Part shown: piece by piece, positions 28,013 through 37,297 of the stretch
How positions within the stretch are numbered: position 1 is the first letter of the stretch
Layout: every line of letters begins with the position of its first letter
Source of the DNA: Polyangiaceae bacterium
Lineage (GTDB): Bacteria; Myxococcota_A; Polyangia; Polyangiales; Polyangiaceae
Direction of reading: 5' to 3'
Length of the DNA stretch: 64,000 nucleotides
Assembly (NCBI GenBank): GCA_044222475.1
Contig: JBGANF010000018.1
Location: forward strand, 21,512 to 85,511
Made by a program: the position numbers and the translations under genes
Notes under the pieces: model-generated
The model's database searches: none
What the model saw: the letters and a program-made list of their open reading frames with translations, nothing else
What the model was told of the DNA's origin: nothing

Positions 28013-28945
28013 TCAGTAACCCAGGAGCAGGTCGACGACCGGGCCCGTCTCCACCTCGAGAGGCCCTTTGCAATCATGGAGATCGCCATCGACCATGTAA
28101 CGCACGACACCGTCGGCCGATTCGATCGTCGCGCGTTCGACCACCGCGTCGTACCTCTTGTCGTCGCGCATGGGTTGCGCGCGCCAAATGCGCGGAAGGT
28201 CGAGCACGAAGCCCACCGGATCCGTGTGGATCCCCAACAGGTGGAAAGCCCCCGGCTTTTCGGCGAAGCGATGGAACGGCCGAAAATGGAGGCCGATCTG
28301 GTCGACCGCGCCGCCGGCGACCGCGAGGTAGTCGCGCTCCGGCCAGCGCGTGCCGTCGCCGAGGGTGACCGAGCCGCGGAACGGAGCCGCGATGCGGGCG
28401 ACCACGTCGCCGCCGACGAACGTGCTCCCGATCCCGCTCGCGAGCGTCTTTGCCGCGACGAGCGGCGACGGTTGCCCGTTGCGGTAGTACTCGGCGAGAA
28501 ACCCGTACACCGCGCCGGTGCCGAAGAGGAACCCGTACGAATCGCCGACGCGCAGCACGTGCCGTTGCACGCGCGGAAGATCGCGCCAGCCGCCGCGCAG
28601 CGCAGCGAGGAGCACGTCGGAGCGCGCGCGACGAACGCCGATCGAGTTCGCGACGGTGTTCATGGTCCCGCCGCGGAGCAGCGCGAGCGGCGGGAGCGGG
28701 CGCTTGCCGAACACCTCGACGAAGCCGGTGATCGTGACGTGGTTCGTGCCGTCGCCGCCGGCGATCGCGAGCGCCTCCACGTCGAGGCGCAGAAACTCCT
28801 CGGCGATGCGGCGCAGCTCGTCGATCGAGTGAGCCTCGCGCACGACGCCCGCGTCCCCGAGGGCGCGCGCGAGCCGCGTCGACGCCTTCGGGTCGCGACG
28901 GTTGCGCCTGCTCTTCGGGTTCAGGACGACGCCGATGCCGCTCAC
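28013..28945 (-). CDS. Diacylglycerol kinase family lipid kinase
   Basis: VVLNPKS, AGGDGT, LRGGTMNTVA, YMVDGD. Confidence 0.88.
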   Translation of the reverse strand: MSGIGVVLNPKSRRNRRDPKASTRLARALGDAGVVREAHSIDELRRIAEEFLRLDVEALAIAGGDGTNHVTITGFVEVFGKRPLPPLALLRGGTMNTVANSIGVRRARSDVLLAALRGGWRDLPRVQRHVLRVGDSYGFLFGTGAVYGFLAEYYRNGQPSPLVAAKTLASGIGSTFVGGDVVARIAAPFRGSVTLGDGTRWPERDYLAVAGGAVDQIGLHFRPFHRFAEKPGAFHLLGIHTDPVGFVLDLPRIWRAQPMRDDKRYDAVVERATIESADGVVRYMVDGDLHDCKGPLEVETGPVVDLLLGY

Positions 28946-29040
28946 GCGCCCACCCTTGCGCGACGCGGTGGCCCTCGTCAATGACCAGTGTCCACCGTTT
29001 CCTGCTTGCGTTTCGCGGGGTCGCCACTATCCCTCCCACC

Positions 29041-29952
29041 ATGCCCAGCGCTTCTGCCCAGCTCGCCGCCGCCGACGGTTCGGTGCTGGCGCTCGCCCAG
29101 CCCGATCGGGCCGCGCTCGTCGTTCGCGGCGCGGACCGGGCGACGTGGCTCAACGGGCTCCTCACCTGCGACGTCACCAAGGTGAAGCCGGGCGCGGCGG
29201 CCTACGGGCTCGCGGTCACTCAGAAGGGGCGGGTCCTCGCCGACCTCGTCGTCCTCGTCGCGGAAGACTCGGTGCTGCTCTCGGTGCCGGCTTCGTCCCG
29301 CGCGGACCTGCTCGTCCACTTCCAGAAGTACCTCATCATGGAGGACGCGGAGATCGCTCCCTCCGAGGAGTCGTTCTTCGCCGCGCATGGCCCGAAGGCG
29401 AGCGACCTCGCCGCGCGCCCCGAGATTCGCGCCGTCGCGGCGGCGTACGAGCTCGACGTCACCGGGCGCGGCGGCGTCGTGCTCGTCGCGCCTCCCGGCT
29501 CGTGGGACGCCGTCGCGGCCGAGCTCGCGCGCGCCGCCGAGGCGCTCGGCGGGGCCTTCGGCGACGGTGCGGGGTGGGAGGCGGTCCGGCTCGAGCGCTC
29601 CGTGCCGGCGTTCGGCGCCGATTTCGACGGCTCGACGTACCCGCAGGAGGCCTCGCTCGAGCGTCGCGCCGTGTCGTTCGACAAGGGCTGCTACCTCGGA
29701 CAAGAGGTGGTGTGCATGCTCGAGATGCGGGGGCACGTGAAGCGCAAGCTCGTCCCGCTCGAGGTCGACGGAGCAGCGACCGCCGGCGCGCCGGTGACCG
29801 ACGCGAGCGGCGTCGAGCTCGGCAAGGTGACGAGCGCCTACGTTCGCGAGGACGGCGCCCACGCTCGCGCGCTGGCGATGGTGAAGCTCTCGCACACGAC
29901 GGCCGGCGCCGAGCTCCGAGTCGGCGCCCACGCCGCCCGCGTCGTCGCTTGA
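29041..29952 (+). CDS. ygfZ: Folate-binding Fe-S repair protein YgfZ/GcvT family
   Basis: GADRATWLNGLLTCDV, signature SFDKGCYLGQEVV. Confidence 0.92.
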   Translation: MPSASAQLAAADGSVLALAQPDRAALVVRGADRATWLNGLLTCDVTKVKPGAAAYGLAVTQKGRVLADLVVLVAEDSVLLSVPASSRADLLVHFQKYLIMEDAEIAPSEESFFAAHGPKASDLAARPEIRAVAAAYELDVTGRGGVVLVAPPGSWDAVAAELARAAEALGGAFGDGAGWEAVRLERSVPAFGADFDGSTYPQEASLERRAVSFDKGCYLGQEVVCMLEMRGHVKRKLVPLEVDGAATAGAPVTDASGVELGKVTSAYVREDGAHARALAMVKLSHTTAGAELRVGAHAARVVA

Positions 29953-29964
29953 AGAAGTTGTAGT

Positions 29965-30753
29965 CTACAACTTTCGTTCGAGGCGGAATCGCCGGGGGCG
30001 CTCGTCGGGCTCGCTCTTCAGCGTGACCTTCAGCATCTCGAGCGCGATCTCGCGGATGCGTCCATCCTTGCCGACCTTCACGTGGATGCGGTCGCCGTCT
30101 CCCTTCAGCACCTCGCACGAGCCGAACGCGAAGTGATCGACGAGGTCGCCGTGGTCGGGGAACGGCCCGTCGTCGGTGTCGGCCGGTCGAGCGGGGGCGC
30201 GAGGCGGAGCTTTCGGGCCGGGCGCCGGACCTTGAGGCGTGCTCGCGCGCACCGCTTCGGCCCACGGCGAGGGGGTGCGCTCCGGCGGTCGCTCGGGGGC
30301 GCGCGCGGGAGCCGTCATCGCTGGCGCGCTCGGCGCGGCGGGCTTCGGCGCTTCGTCGAGGGCGACCGCGACGTCGTCGAGGGCGAGAACGACGAGCTCG
30401 CACGTGATCACTCGACCGGCGACCAGAGTCCCGGCGAACGTCTCGACGCCCATCTCCGTCTCGCGTGCGAGCACCGCGCGCAGCGCCGCGGTCGGGTGAC
30501 CGCCGGCCATGCCGATCGTGCCATCGAGGACGACGAGCTGCGACTCGCCCGCGAGCGTGCGCGTCGTGCCCATGCCGCCGGCGAGCGGCGAGTACACGCG
30601 GATCGACGCGTCGGCGAGGACGCCGTGGCCGCGGAGGACTCCGGCCGCCACGGCCTCGTCTTCGAGGAGAGGCGAGAGCCCATCGGGGAGCTCGGTCCCT
30701 TCGCCCACGCGCATCAGGAGAGTTCGCGCCTGTTTCGACTCGCTGCTGCTCAT
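29965..30753 (-). CDS. PPC/DUF296-like domain plus C-terminal Tudor-like domain protein
   Basis: N-terminus L.R...G.EL...L.......AG...G.G.L....I...LVVLDGTI...GTL..G.V.TCELVV; Pro linker; C-terminus GDLVDHFAFG.CEVL..DGDRIHV. Confidence 0.55.
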   Translation of the reverse strand: MSSSESKQARTLLMRVGEGTELPDGLSPLLEDEAVAAGVLRGHGVLADASIRVYSPLAGGMGTTRTLAGESQLVVLDGTIGMAGGHPTAALRAVLARETEMGVETFAGTLVAGRVITCELVVLALDDVAVALDEAPKPAAPSAPAMTAPARAPERPPERTPSPWAEAVRASTPQGPAPGPKAPPRAPARPADTDDGPFPDHGDLVDHFAFGSCEVLKGDGDRIHVKVGKDGRIREIALEMLKVTLKSEPDERPRRFRLERKL

Positions 30754-30764
30754 TGCCTACGGTC

Positions 30765-31964
<1,200 letters not shown>

Positions 31965-32016
31965 GTGGGCGCGCACGTTAGCACAGCTCGCCGCCGTCCC
32001 ATGCTACTCCTCCGGC

Positions 32017-32619
32017 GTGGTTCCGCTGAGCGCCATCGTCCTCGGTAGCGCATCGCCGCGGCGGCGCGAGCTTCTCGGGCTCGTACTGCCGGCATTTCCG
32101 TTTCGGGTCGTCGCCCCGGACGTGAACGAGGACGTACGGCCGGGCGAGCGGCCGGACGCCTACCTCACTCGGGTGGTGCGCGACAAAGCGGCCGACGTCG
32201 CGCGGAGGATCCCGGCCGAAGAGCGCGCGCACGTCCGCGCGATCCTCTGCGCCGACACGTCGGTGATGATCGGTGACCGTATCCTCGGCAAGCCGATCGA
32301 CGACGCCGACGGGCGAGCGATGCTGAACGATTTGTCGGATCGCGAGCACGAGGTGTGCACCGCGTTCGTGCTCGCGTCGCCCGACGGCTCCGTCCGTCAC
32401 GAGGAGCTCGTGCGAACGAGGGTCACGTTCCGGGCCCTCGCGAGCGAGGAGATCGACGCATACGTCTCGAGCGGCGACGGGCGCGACAAAGCGGGCGGCT
32501 ACGCGATCCAAGGCGGCGCTGCCGCGTTCGTCTCCCGGATCGATGGCTCTCCCACGAACGTCATCGGGCTTCCGCTCTCGGAGGTGGTGCTCGCCCTTCG
32601 GAGACTCGGCCTCCGGTGA
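32017..32619 (+). CDS. maf: Maf family nucleoside-triphosphate pyrophosphatase
   Basis: IVLGSASPRRRELL, ADTSV...ILGKP, DKAGGYAIQG, IDGSPTNVIGLPL. Start uncertain. Confidence 0.93.
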   Translation: MVPLSAIVLGSASPRRRELLGLVLPAFPFRVVAPDVNEDVRPGERPDAYLTRVVRDKAADVARRIPAEERAHVRAILCADTSVMIGDRILGKPIDDADGRAMLNDLSDREHEVCTAFVLASPDGSVRHEELVRTRVTFRALASEEIDAYVSSGDGRDKAGGYAIQGGAAAFVSRIDGSPTNVIGLPLSEVVLALRRLGLR

Positions 32620-33974
32620 GCCTCCGGCGTCCGCCGAGCAGCGCGCGCGACACCGTCGGCGTGGCCGCGATCGCCGCCGCCGTGCGGGTGATGATCGTCG
32701 CCTGGGCGGCGTCGCGATTCCCTCCGTCGGGCGACGGCCAGTACTACGCGAAGCTCGCGGGGCGCGTCGCCGAGGGCCTCGGCTACACGTGGGCGTGGCC
32801 CGACGGCGTCGTGACCTACGCGGCGCACTACCCGGTGGGGTACCCGGCGCTCGTCGCCCTCGCGTACCGCGTGCTCGGGCCGACGCCGGCGTCGGCGATG
32901 TGGCTCAACGCGCTCCTCGGGACGCTCGCCACCGTCGCGGCGCATCGGATCCTCGTCGGCCGCACGACTCGCGTTCGCGCGTGGCTGGGCGCTCTCGTCG
33001 TGGCGCTGCACCCCGCGCTCCTCATGTACACGCCGGCCTTCATGACCGAAGGCGTGACGGCGTCGCTGCTCGTCATCGCGCTCGCGCTGGTCCTCGATCG
33101 ATCGCGCGTCGGTTTCGTGCTCGGAGCGATCGTGCTCGGGATCGCCACGTTGGTGCGACCGCAGTGCCTTCTGCTGGCGCCTGCCCTCGGTCTCGTCGCG
33201 GGCGCCAAGACGACGTGGCGAGGGTCCGCCATTCGCGCGCTCGGTGCGACCGCGATGGTGCTCGCGGTGTGCGCCCCGTGGACGGCGCGAAACTGCGCGC
33301 GGATGAATCGATGCGCGCTCGTCAGCGTGAACGGCGGGTGGAACCTCCTCATCGGCGTCCAGACGACGACCGGGGGATGGGAAGAGCTCGACGTGCCCGA
33401 GAATTGCCGCGAGGTCTTCGACGAGGCGGGCAAGGACGCCTGCTTCGACCGCGCGGCGAAAGAGCGGATCGCGGCCGCCCCCAGCGCGTGGCTCGCGAGG
33501 GCCCCGCAAAAGCTCGCCGTCACGTTCGACTACTTCGGCGCAGCGCCCTGGTACTTGCACATGGCGAACGGAGCGTCGTTCACCGAAGAGGACAAGCTCT
33601 CGCTCGCCACCATCGAGACCGTGGTCTCGCGGTTGCTGCTCGCCGCCGCCCTCCTCACCGTGGGGTTGCGCGCGCGTCGCCACCCCGTCCGCGCCGCGTC
33701 GATCGCCGTGCTCGTCGCAACCGCAGTGGGCGTCGTCTTCGCGCTCTCGCGGCACGCGTGGCCGGCGTACGTGATCTTCGCCGCGCTCGGTGTCGTCGAG
33801 CTCTCGCGTGCTCGCGATCGGGTGCTCGGGTTCGGCGTCGCGGTCGTCGCGGCGACGTTGTTCACCCACGCCGTGTTCTTCGGCGCGGGCCGGTACGGGC
33901 TCGTCGTGGTGCCGTTCATCTCGCTGCTCCCGTTTGCGCGTCGGGAAATGCGAGTAGGAGCGTCTGTGCGATGA
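32616..33974 (+). CDS. Polytopic GT-C (ArnT/GT39-like) glycosyltransferase
   Basis: DGQYY..LA...AEGLGY, YPVGYP, MTEG, ATLVRP, PWTARN, NGGWNL; many TM helices. GTG overlaps the maf stop. Confidence 0.75.
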   Translation: MSLRRPPSSARDTVGVAAIAAAVRVMIVAWAASRFPPSGDGQYYAKLAGRVAEGLGYTWAWPDGVVTYAAHYPVGYPALVALAYRVLGPTPASAMWLNALLGTLATVAAHRILVGRTTRVRAWLGALVVALHPALLMYTPAFMTEGVTASLLVIALALVLDRSRVGFVLGAIVLGIATLVRPQCLLLAPALGLVAGAKTTWRGSAIRALGATAMVLAVCAPWTARNCARMNRCALVSVNGGWNLLIGVQTTTGGWEELDVPENCREVFDEAGKDACFDRAAKERIAAAPSAWLARAPQKLAVTFDYFGAAPWYLHMANGASFTEEDKLSLATIETVVSRLLLAAALLTVGLRARRHPVRAASIAVLVATAVGVVFALSRHAWPAYVIFAALGVVELSRARDRVLGFGVAVVAATLFTHAVFFGAGRYGLVVVPFISLLPFARREMRVGASVR

Positions 33975-34009
33975 CGCTGGCGAGTGGGGAGCTACGAAAT
34001 CACGGGCGA

Positions 34010-34039
34010 GGGGTGTCGGGGGCGAAGCCCCTGACGTTG
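34010..34039. repeat. REP-like intergenic repeat, copy 2
   Basis: GGGGTGTCGGGGGCGAAGCCCCTGACGTTG, the reverse complement of the copy at 56400-56429. Confidence 0.8.
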
Positions 34040-34079
34040 CGGTCTTGCGCGGGGCGCCGCGGCAAGCCATCTTGCGCGC

Positions 34080-34484
34080 GTCGACGCTTTTCAGGTGATC
34101 GCTGGCCGGGGCAACTCGGCGGGAGGAAAGTCCGAGCTCCACAGGGTACGGTGCCGGGTAACGCCCGGTGGCGGAAACGCCGAGGACAGTGCAACAGAAA
34201 GCAAACCGCCGTCGTGTCCCCAGTGCCCGCCTCGGCGGGCATGGAACACGAAGGTAAGGGTGAAAGGGTGGAGTAAGAGCCCACCGCGTTCGTGGCAACA
34301 CGAACGGCATTGCAAACCCCACCGGGAGCAAGGCCACGTATGCAGGCGCTCGAGGGCGACTCGCCCGATGCCTGCGGGTAGGCCGCACGAGACGACCGGC
34401 GACGGTCGTCCTAGAGGAATGATCGCTGACGCGAAACCGGGTGACCGGACGCGGAACAGAACTCGGCTTACGAGAAACGTCGAC
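34080..34484 (+). ncRNA. rnpB: RNase P RNA (bacterial type A)
   Basis: GAGGAAAGTCCGAGCTCC, AGTGCAACAGAAAGCAAACCGCC, GGGTGAAAGGGTGGAGTAAGAGCCCACCG, GCAAACCCCACCGGGAGCAAGGCC, AGAGGAATGAT, ACAGAACTCGGCTTA; P1 ends GTCGACG.../...CGTCGAC. Confidence 0.97.
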
Positions 34485-34535
34485 CAGGACGCCCGCTGCA
34501 CCTCGGTGTGGTGGGCGTTCTGCTGTTTGGCGACG

Positions 34536-35114
34536 TCACTGCGTCGTGATCTCGAGCGCGACGGACCGCACGGCGATCCAATCGAGCGGACCCAGCGCGT
34601 TCTGCGGGAGGTTGGTCACCGACACGCTGAAGGTCGGACCTGGCGGCGCTTCGAGCGGAAGGCTGACCTCGATCCAGTTGTTGAACGGCGCCGCGGCGGG
34701 GAGCCCGTGCCGCAGCGGCGTCGGGTCGTCGTAGCCGCAGTGATCCAGCCACACGCGGTAGTGGTAGGCCGCGATGGGAGTCGCGTGATCGTCCGCGTCG
34801 ATCGAGAGGACGACGCGCGCGGAGCGGATCTTGACCGGCGGGACGGCGAAGGTCCACGTCGCGGTTTGCCCGGTGTAGGCCACGTCGTATCCGCCGTACG
34901 TCTTGAAGGCGTCGCACGTCTTCTGGAGCACGAAGCCTCGCGGCATGGTCGCGATCGTCGTCGGGTGGTCGCTCAGGAACGACGCCGTGGCGGCAGGGAC
35001 GGTGCCGCTGACGCAGGACACCGCGAGCGGAGCGTCGGTGGCGCCAGCCTCGCGGCTGCCGACGAGGACGACGACGAAGATCCCCAGCCCGGCGAAAGAC
35101 ACGAGAGAACGCAT
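34536..35114 (-). CDS. Hypothetical secreted protein
   Basis: Signal-like N-terminus MRSLVSFAGLGIFVVVLVG...AGA-T; beta-rich mature part. Confidence 0.6.
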   Translation of the reverse strand: MRSLVSFAGLGIFVVVLVGSREAGATDAPLAVSCVSGTVPAATASFLSDHPTTIATMPRGFVLQKTCDAFKTYGGYDVAYTGQTATWTFAVPPVKIRSARVVLSIDADDHATPIAAYHYRVWLDHCGYDDPTPLRHGLPAAAPFNNWIEVSLPLEAPPGPTFSVSVTNLPQNALGPLDWIAVRSVALEITTQ

Positions 35115-35164
35115 CCCCCTACAACGCGCCCGATGCCGGGGACTTACACCCGGGCGCGCGCCGC

Positions 35165-35632
35165 CTATTTCGCGGGCTCGACGCTCGCCAGCGCGCGCCG
35201 CCACGAGCCGCGCCCGGTGCACATGCAGGTCGCGTCGCGGAGCAGCTCGTCGGTTCGCTCCTCGCGCGCGGCGCCCGCCGCCAGGTCGCGCGCGAGCACC
35301 GACGCGGTGACGCCGAGCGCGCCGACGCACATCTGGCAGCGCGTCGGTCGCTCGACGGCAAACGATTCGGTCGCGGCCCGCGCGGCCGGCGTCTGCCCGA
35401 GCGACTTGGCGGTCAGAACCGCCGCGCCCTCCGCGATCCCCCCGAGCGCGATGGCACAGCTCGCGACGAGCGCGCCGTCGAGGACGACCCGGCAAGAGCC
35501 GCACCCGCCGTCGGCACACCCGAGGACGACCGACTTGACGCCCGCGCGGCGAACGACCGCCGCGAGCGAGTCGTCCGCCTCGCCGCGGAGCACCGCCCAG
35601 TCGCCGTCGACGAGGACTCGTTTCGAGATCAG
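35165..35632 (-). CDS. CoxS/XdhC-like 2x[2Fe-2S] protein (start codon unclear)
   Basis: GCADGGCGSC.V.LDG..VASC and RCQMC...CMCTG ligand sets. Confidence 0.7.
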   Translation of the reverse strand: MISKRVLVDGDWAVLRGEADDSLAAVVRRAGVKSVVLGCADGGCGSCRVVLDGALVASCAIALGGIAEGAAVLTAKSLGQTPAARAATESFAVERPTRCQMCVGALGVTASVLARDLAAGAAREERTDELLRDATCMCTGRGSWRRALASVEPAK

Positions 35633-35633
35633 C

Positions 35634-35957
35634 TCAGACCGAGAACGAGGACCCGCAGCCGCAGGAGCCCTTGACGTTCGGGTTGTTGAACTTGAACCCG
35701 GCGCCATGGAGGCCCTCGACGTAGTCGATCTCGGTCGCCTCGAGGTACTGGTGGCTCAGCGGGTCGACGTAGAGCTTCACTCCGTTGGACTCGTAGGTCT
35801 CGTCCATTTCACCGACGCTGTCCTCGAAGTAGAGGTCGTAGGTGAAGCCGGCGCAGCCGCCGCCGATGACCCGCAGGCGCAACCCTTGACCCCCGAGGCT
35901 CTCTGCCTCAGCGATTTCGCGGACTTTCGCAGCAGCCTTTTCCGTCATCGTGATCAT
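35634..35957 (-). CDS. erpA: A-type Fe-S carrier (IscA/ErpA/HesB family)
   Basis: LRLRVIGGGCAGFTY, VDPLS..YL....IDY, GFKFNNPNV..SCGCGSSF. Confidence 0.92.
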   Translation of the reverse strand: MITMTEKAAAKVREIAEAESLGGQGLRLRVIGGGCAGFTYDLYFEDSVGEMDETYESNGVKLYVDPLSHQYLEATEIDYVEGLHGAGFKFNNPNVKGSCGCGSSFSV

Positions 35958-36046
35958 GCCGGAAGCATAGGACGACTTGTCCGGTCGCGCCAGATCCCTC
36001 ACCGACGTCCGGCTCCCAAGTTCGGGCACCGTCCGGTCAGCTCGGG

Positions 36047-37297
36047 TCAGTTCGAGCCGACGACTCGGACGATGCTGCCGGCCCGGCAGGCGACGACCAG
36101 CGCGCCGGGGCCGGCGGGCAGGATGGCGGTCACGCCGCCGCTTCCGCCGCCCTTGGGGCAGGGGGTCTCCCCGAGGGACTGCGCGACGCCGGTCGCGTCG
36201 ATGACGCCGACGACCCCCTCGGGAGACGCGTAGGCGATCGCCCCGGTCGTATCGACGAGGACCCCGGTGTGGTTCGGGATGGTGAAGACCGCCGTCCCGC
36301 CGTCGCCGAGGGTGAGGAACGAGAGCGACGGCGCGGTGAGCGGCACGCGCAGCGTCTCGACGCCGTTTCCGTCGATCGTCATCGCGAACGTGCGGCCGGG
36401 CACGGCCGCCATCAACGACGCGCTGCCGTTGCGGACCGCTGGCGGTCCGAGGAAACCTCCGAGCGCGAGGGTCGCGCGGGGGAGCGCCACGCCCTTGGCG
36501 AGGTCGAGCGCGACGAGGCGCGACCCGTCGACGATGGCGTACGCGGTGCGAGAGCCCTCGAGCGCCATGCCGCCGTCGAGCACGCCTCCGAAGCTGCCGA
36601 CGCGCACGACGTCGCGGCCGGCGTTCCACGAGTACACGACGCCCGCGGCGGACGCGAAGTAGATGCGCCCGTCGGCCGAGGCGAGCGGACCGACCGGTGC
36701 CTCTGGCGCGGTGGTTCGAGAGCGGACGTTGCCTTCGCCGTCGAGGACCAGCAGGTCGGTGCCGTACGCGAGCACGAAGCCGCCATCGAGGAGCGCGAGC
36801 GGGCTCGATCCGAGGAGCGCCGTGCGATCGCTGCCGAGCGCGACGCGGAAGCGCACGACGCCCTCGCGCCGCGCGCCGACGACCTCGCCGGTGCTGCTGA
36901 CGACGACGACCGTGCCGTCGGACAGGATGATCGGCGAACCGGCGGCGCCGATGCCGAGGAAGACCTTGCCGGTCTCCGCGCCGTCGGCGCCGTGCCAGTA
37001 GATCTCGCCGCGGCCCGTGAGCACGACGACGTTGTCTCCCTGAGCGAGGGGTGACTGATCGATCGTCGACCCGACCGGTTTCCGCCAGTCGATCTTCAAC
37101 GGGGGCTTCGGGAACGCGACCGGTGCGAGACCGGAGCGCTGCGCGTCGACGCGCAGGGTCGCCGCCGGACCCGCCGCGGAACCGACGACGACCGTGGTCG
37201 GTCGACGCGCATCGACGCGTTGAGCGACCGCGTACGTGCCCGCGCTGGCCGTGCACACGAAGGCGAGGGCGCCGAGGACGAGGGTGCGCTTCTTCAT
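36047..37297 (-). CDS. Secreted PQQ-like beta-propeller protein
   Basis: Signal peptide MKKRTLVLGALAFV; DAQRSG; repeated SP....DG.VVV....G.V blades. ATG overlaps the upstream stop. Confidence 0.7.
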   Translation of the reverse strand: MKKRTLVLGALAFVCTASAGTYAVAQRVDARRPTTVVVGSAAGPAATLRVDAQRSGLAPVAFPKPPLKIDWRKPVGSTIDQSPLAQGDNVVVLTGRGEIYWHGADGAETGKVFLGIGAAGSPIILSDGTVVVVSSTGEVVGARREGVVRFRVALGSDRTALLGSSPLALLDGGFVLAYGTDLLVLDGEGNVRSRTTAPEAPVGPLASADGRIYFASAAGVVYSWNAGRDVVRVGSFGGVLDGGMALEGSRTAYAIVDGSRLVALDLAKGVALPRATLALGGFLGPPAVRNGSASLMAAVPGRTFAMTIDGNGVETLRVPLTAPSLSFLTLGDGGTAVFTIPNHTGVLVDTTGAIAYASPEGVVGVIDATGVAQSLGETPCPKGGGSGGVTAILPAGPGALVVACRAGSIVRVVGSN

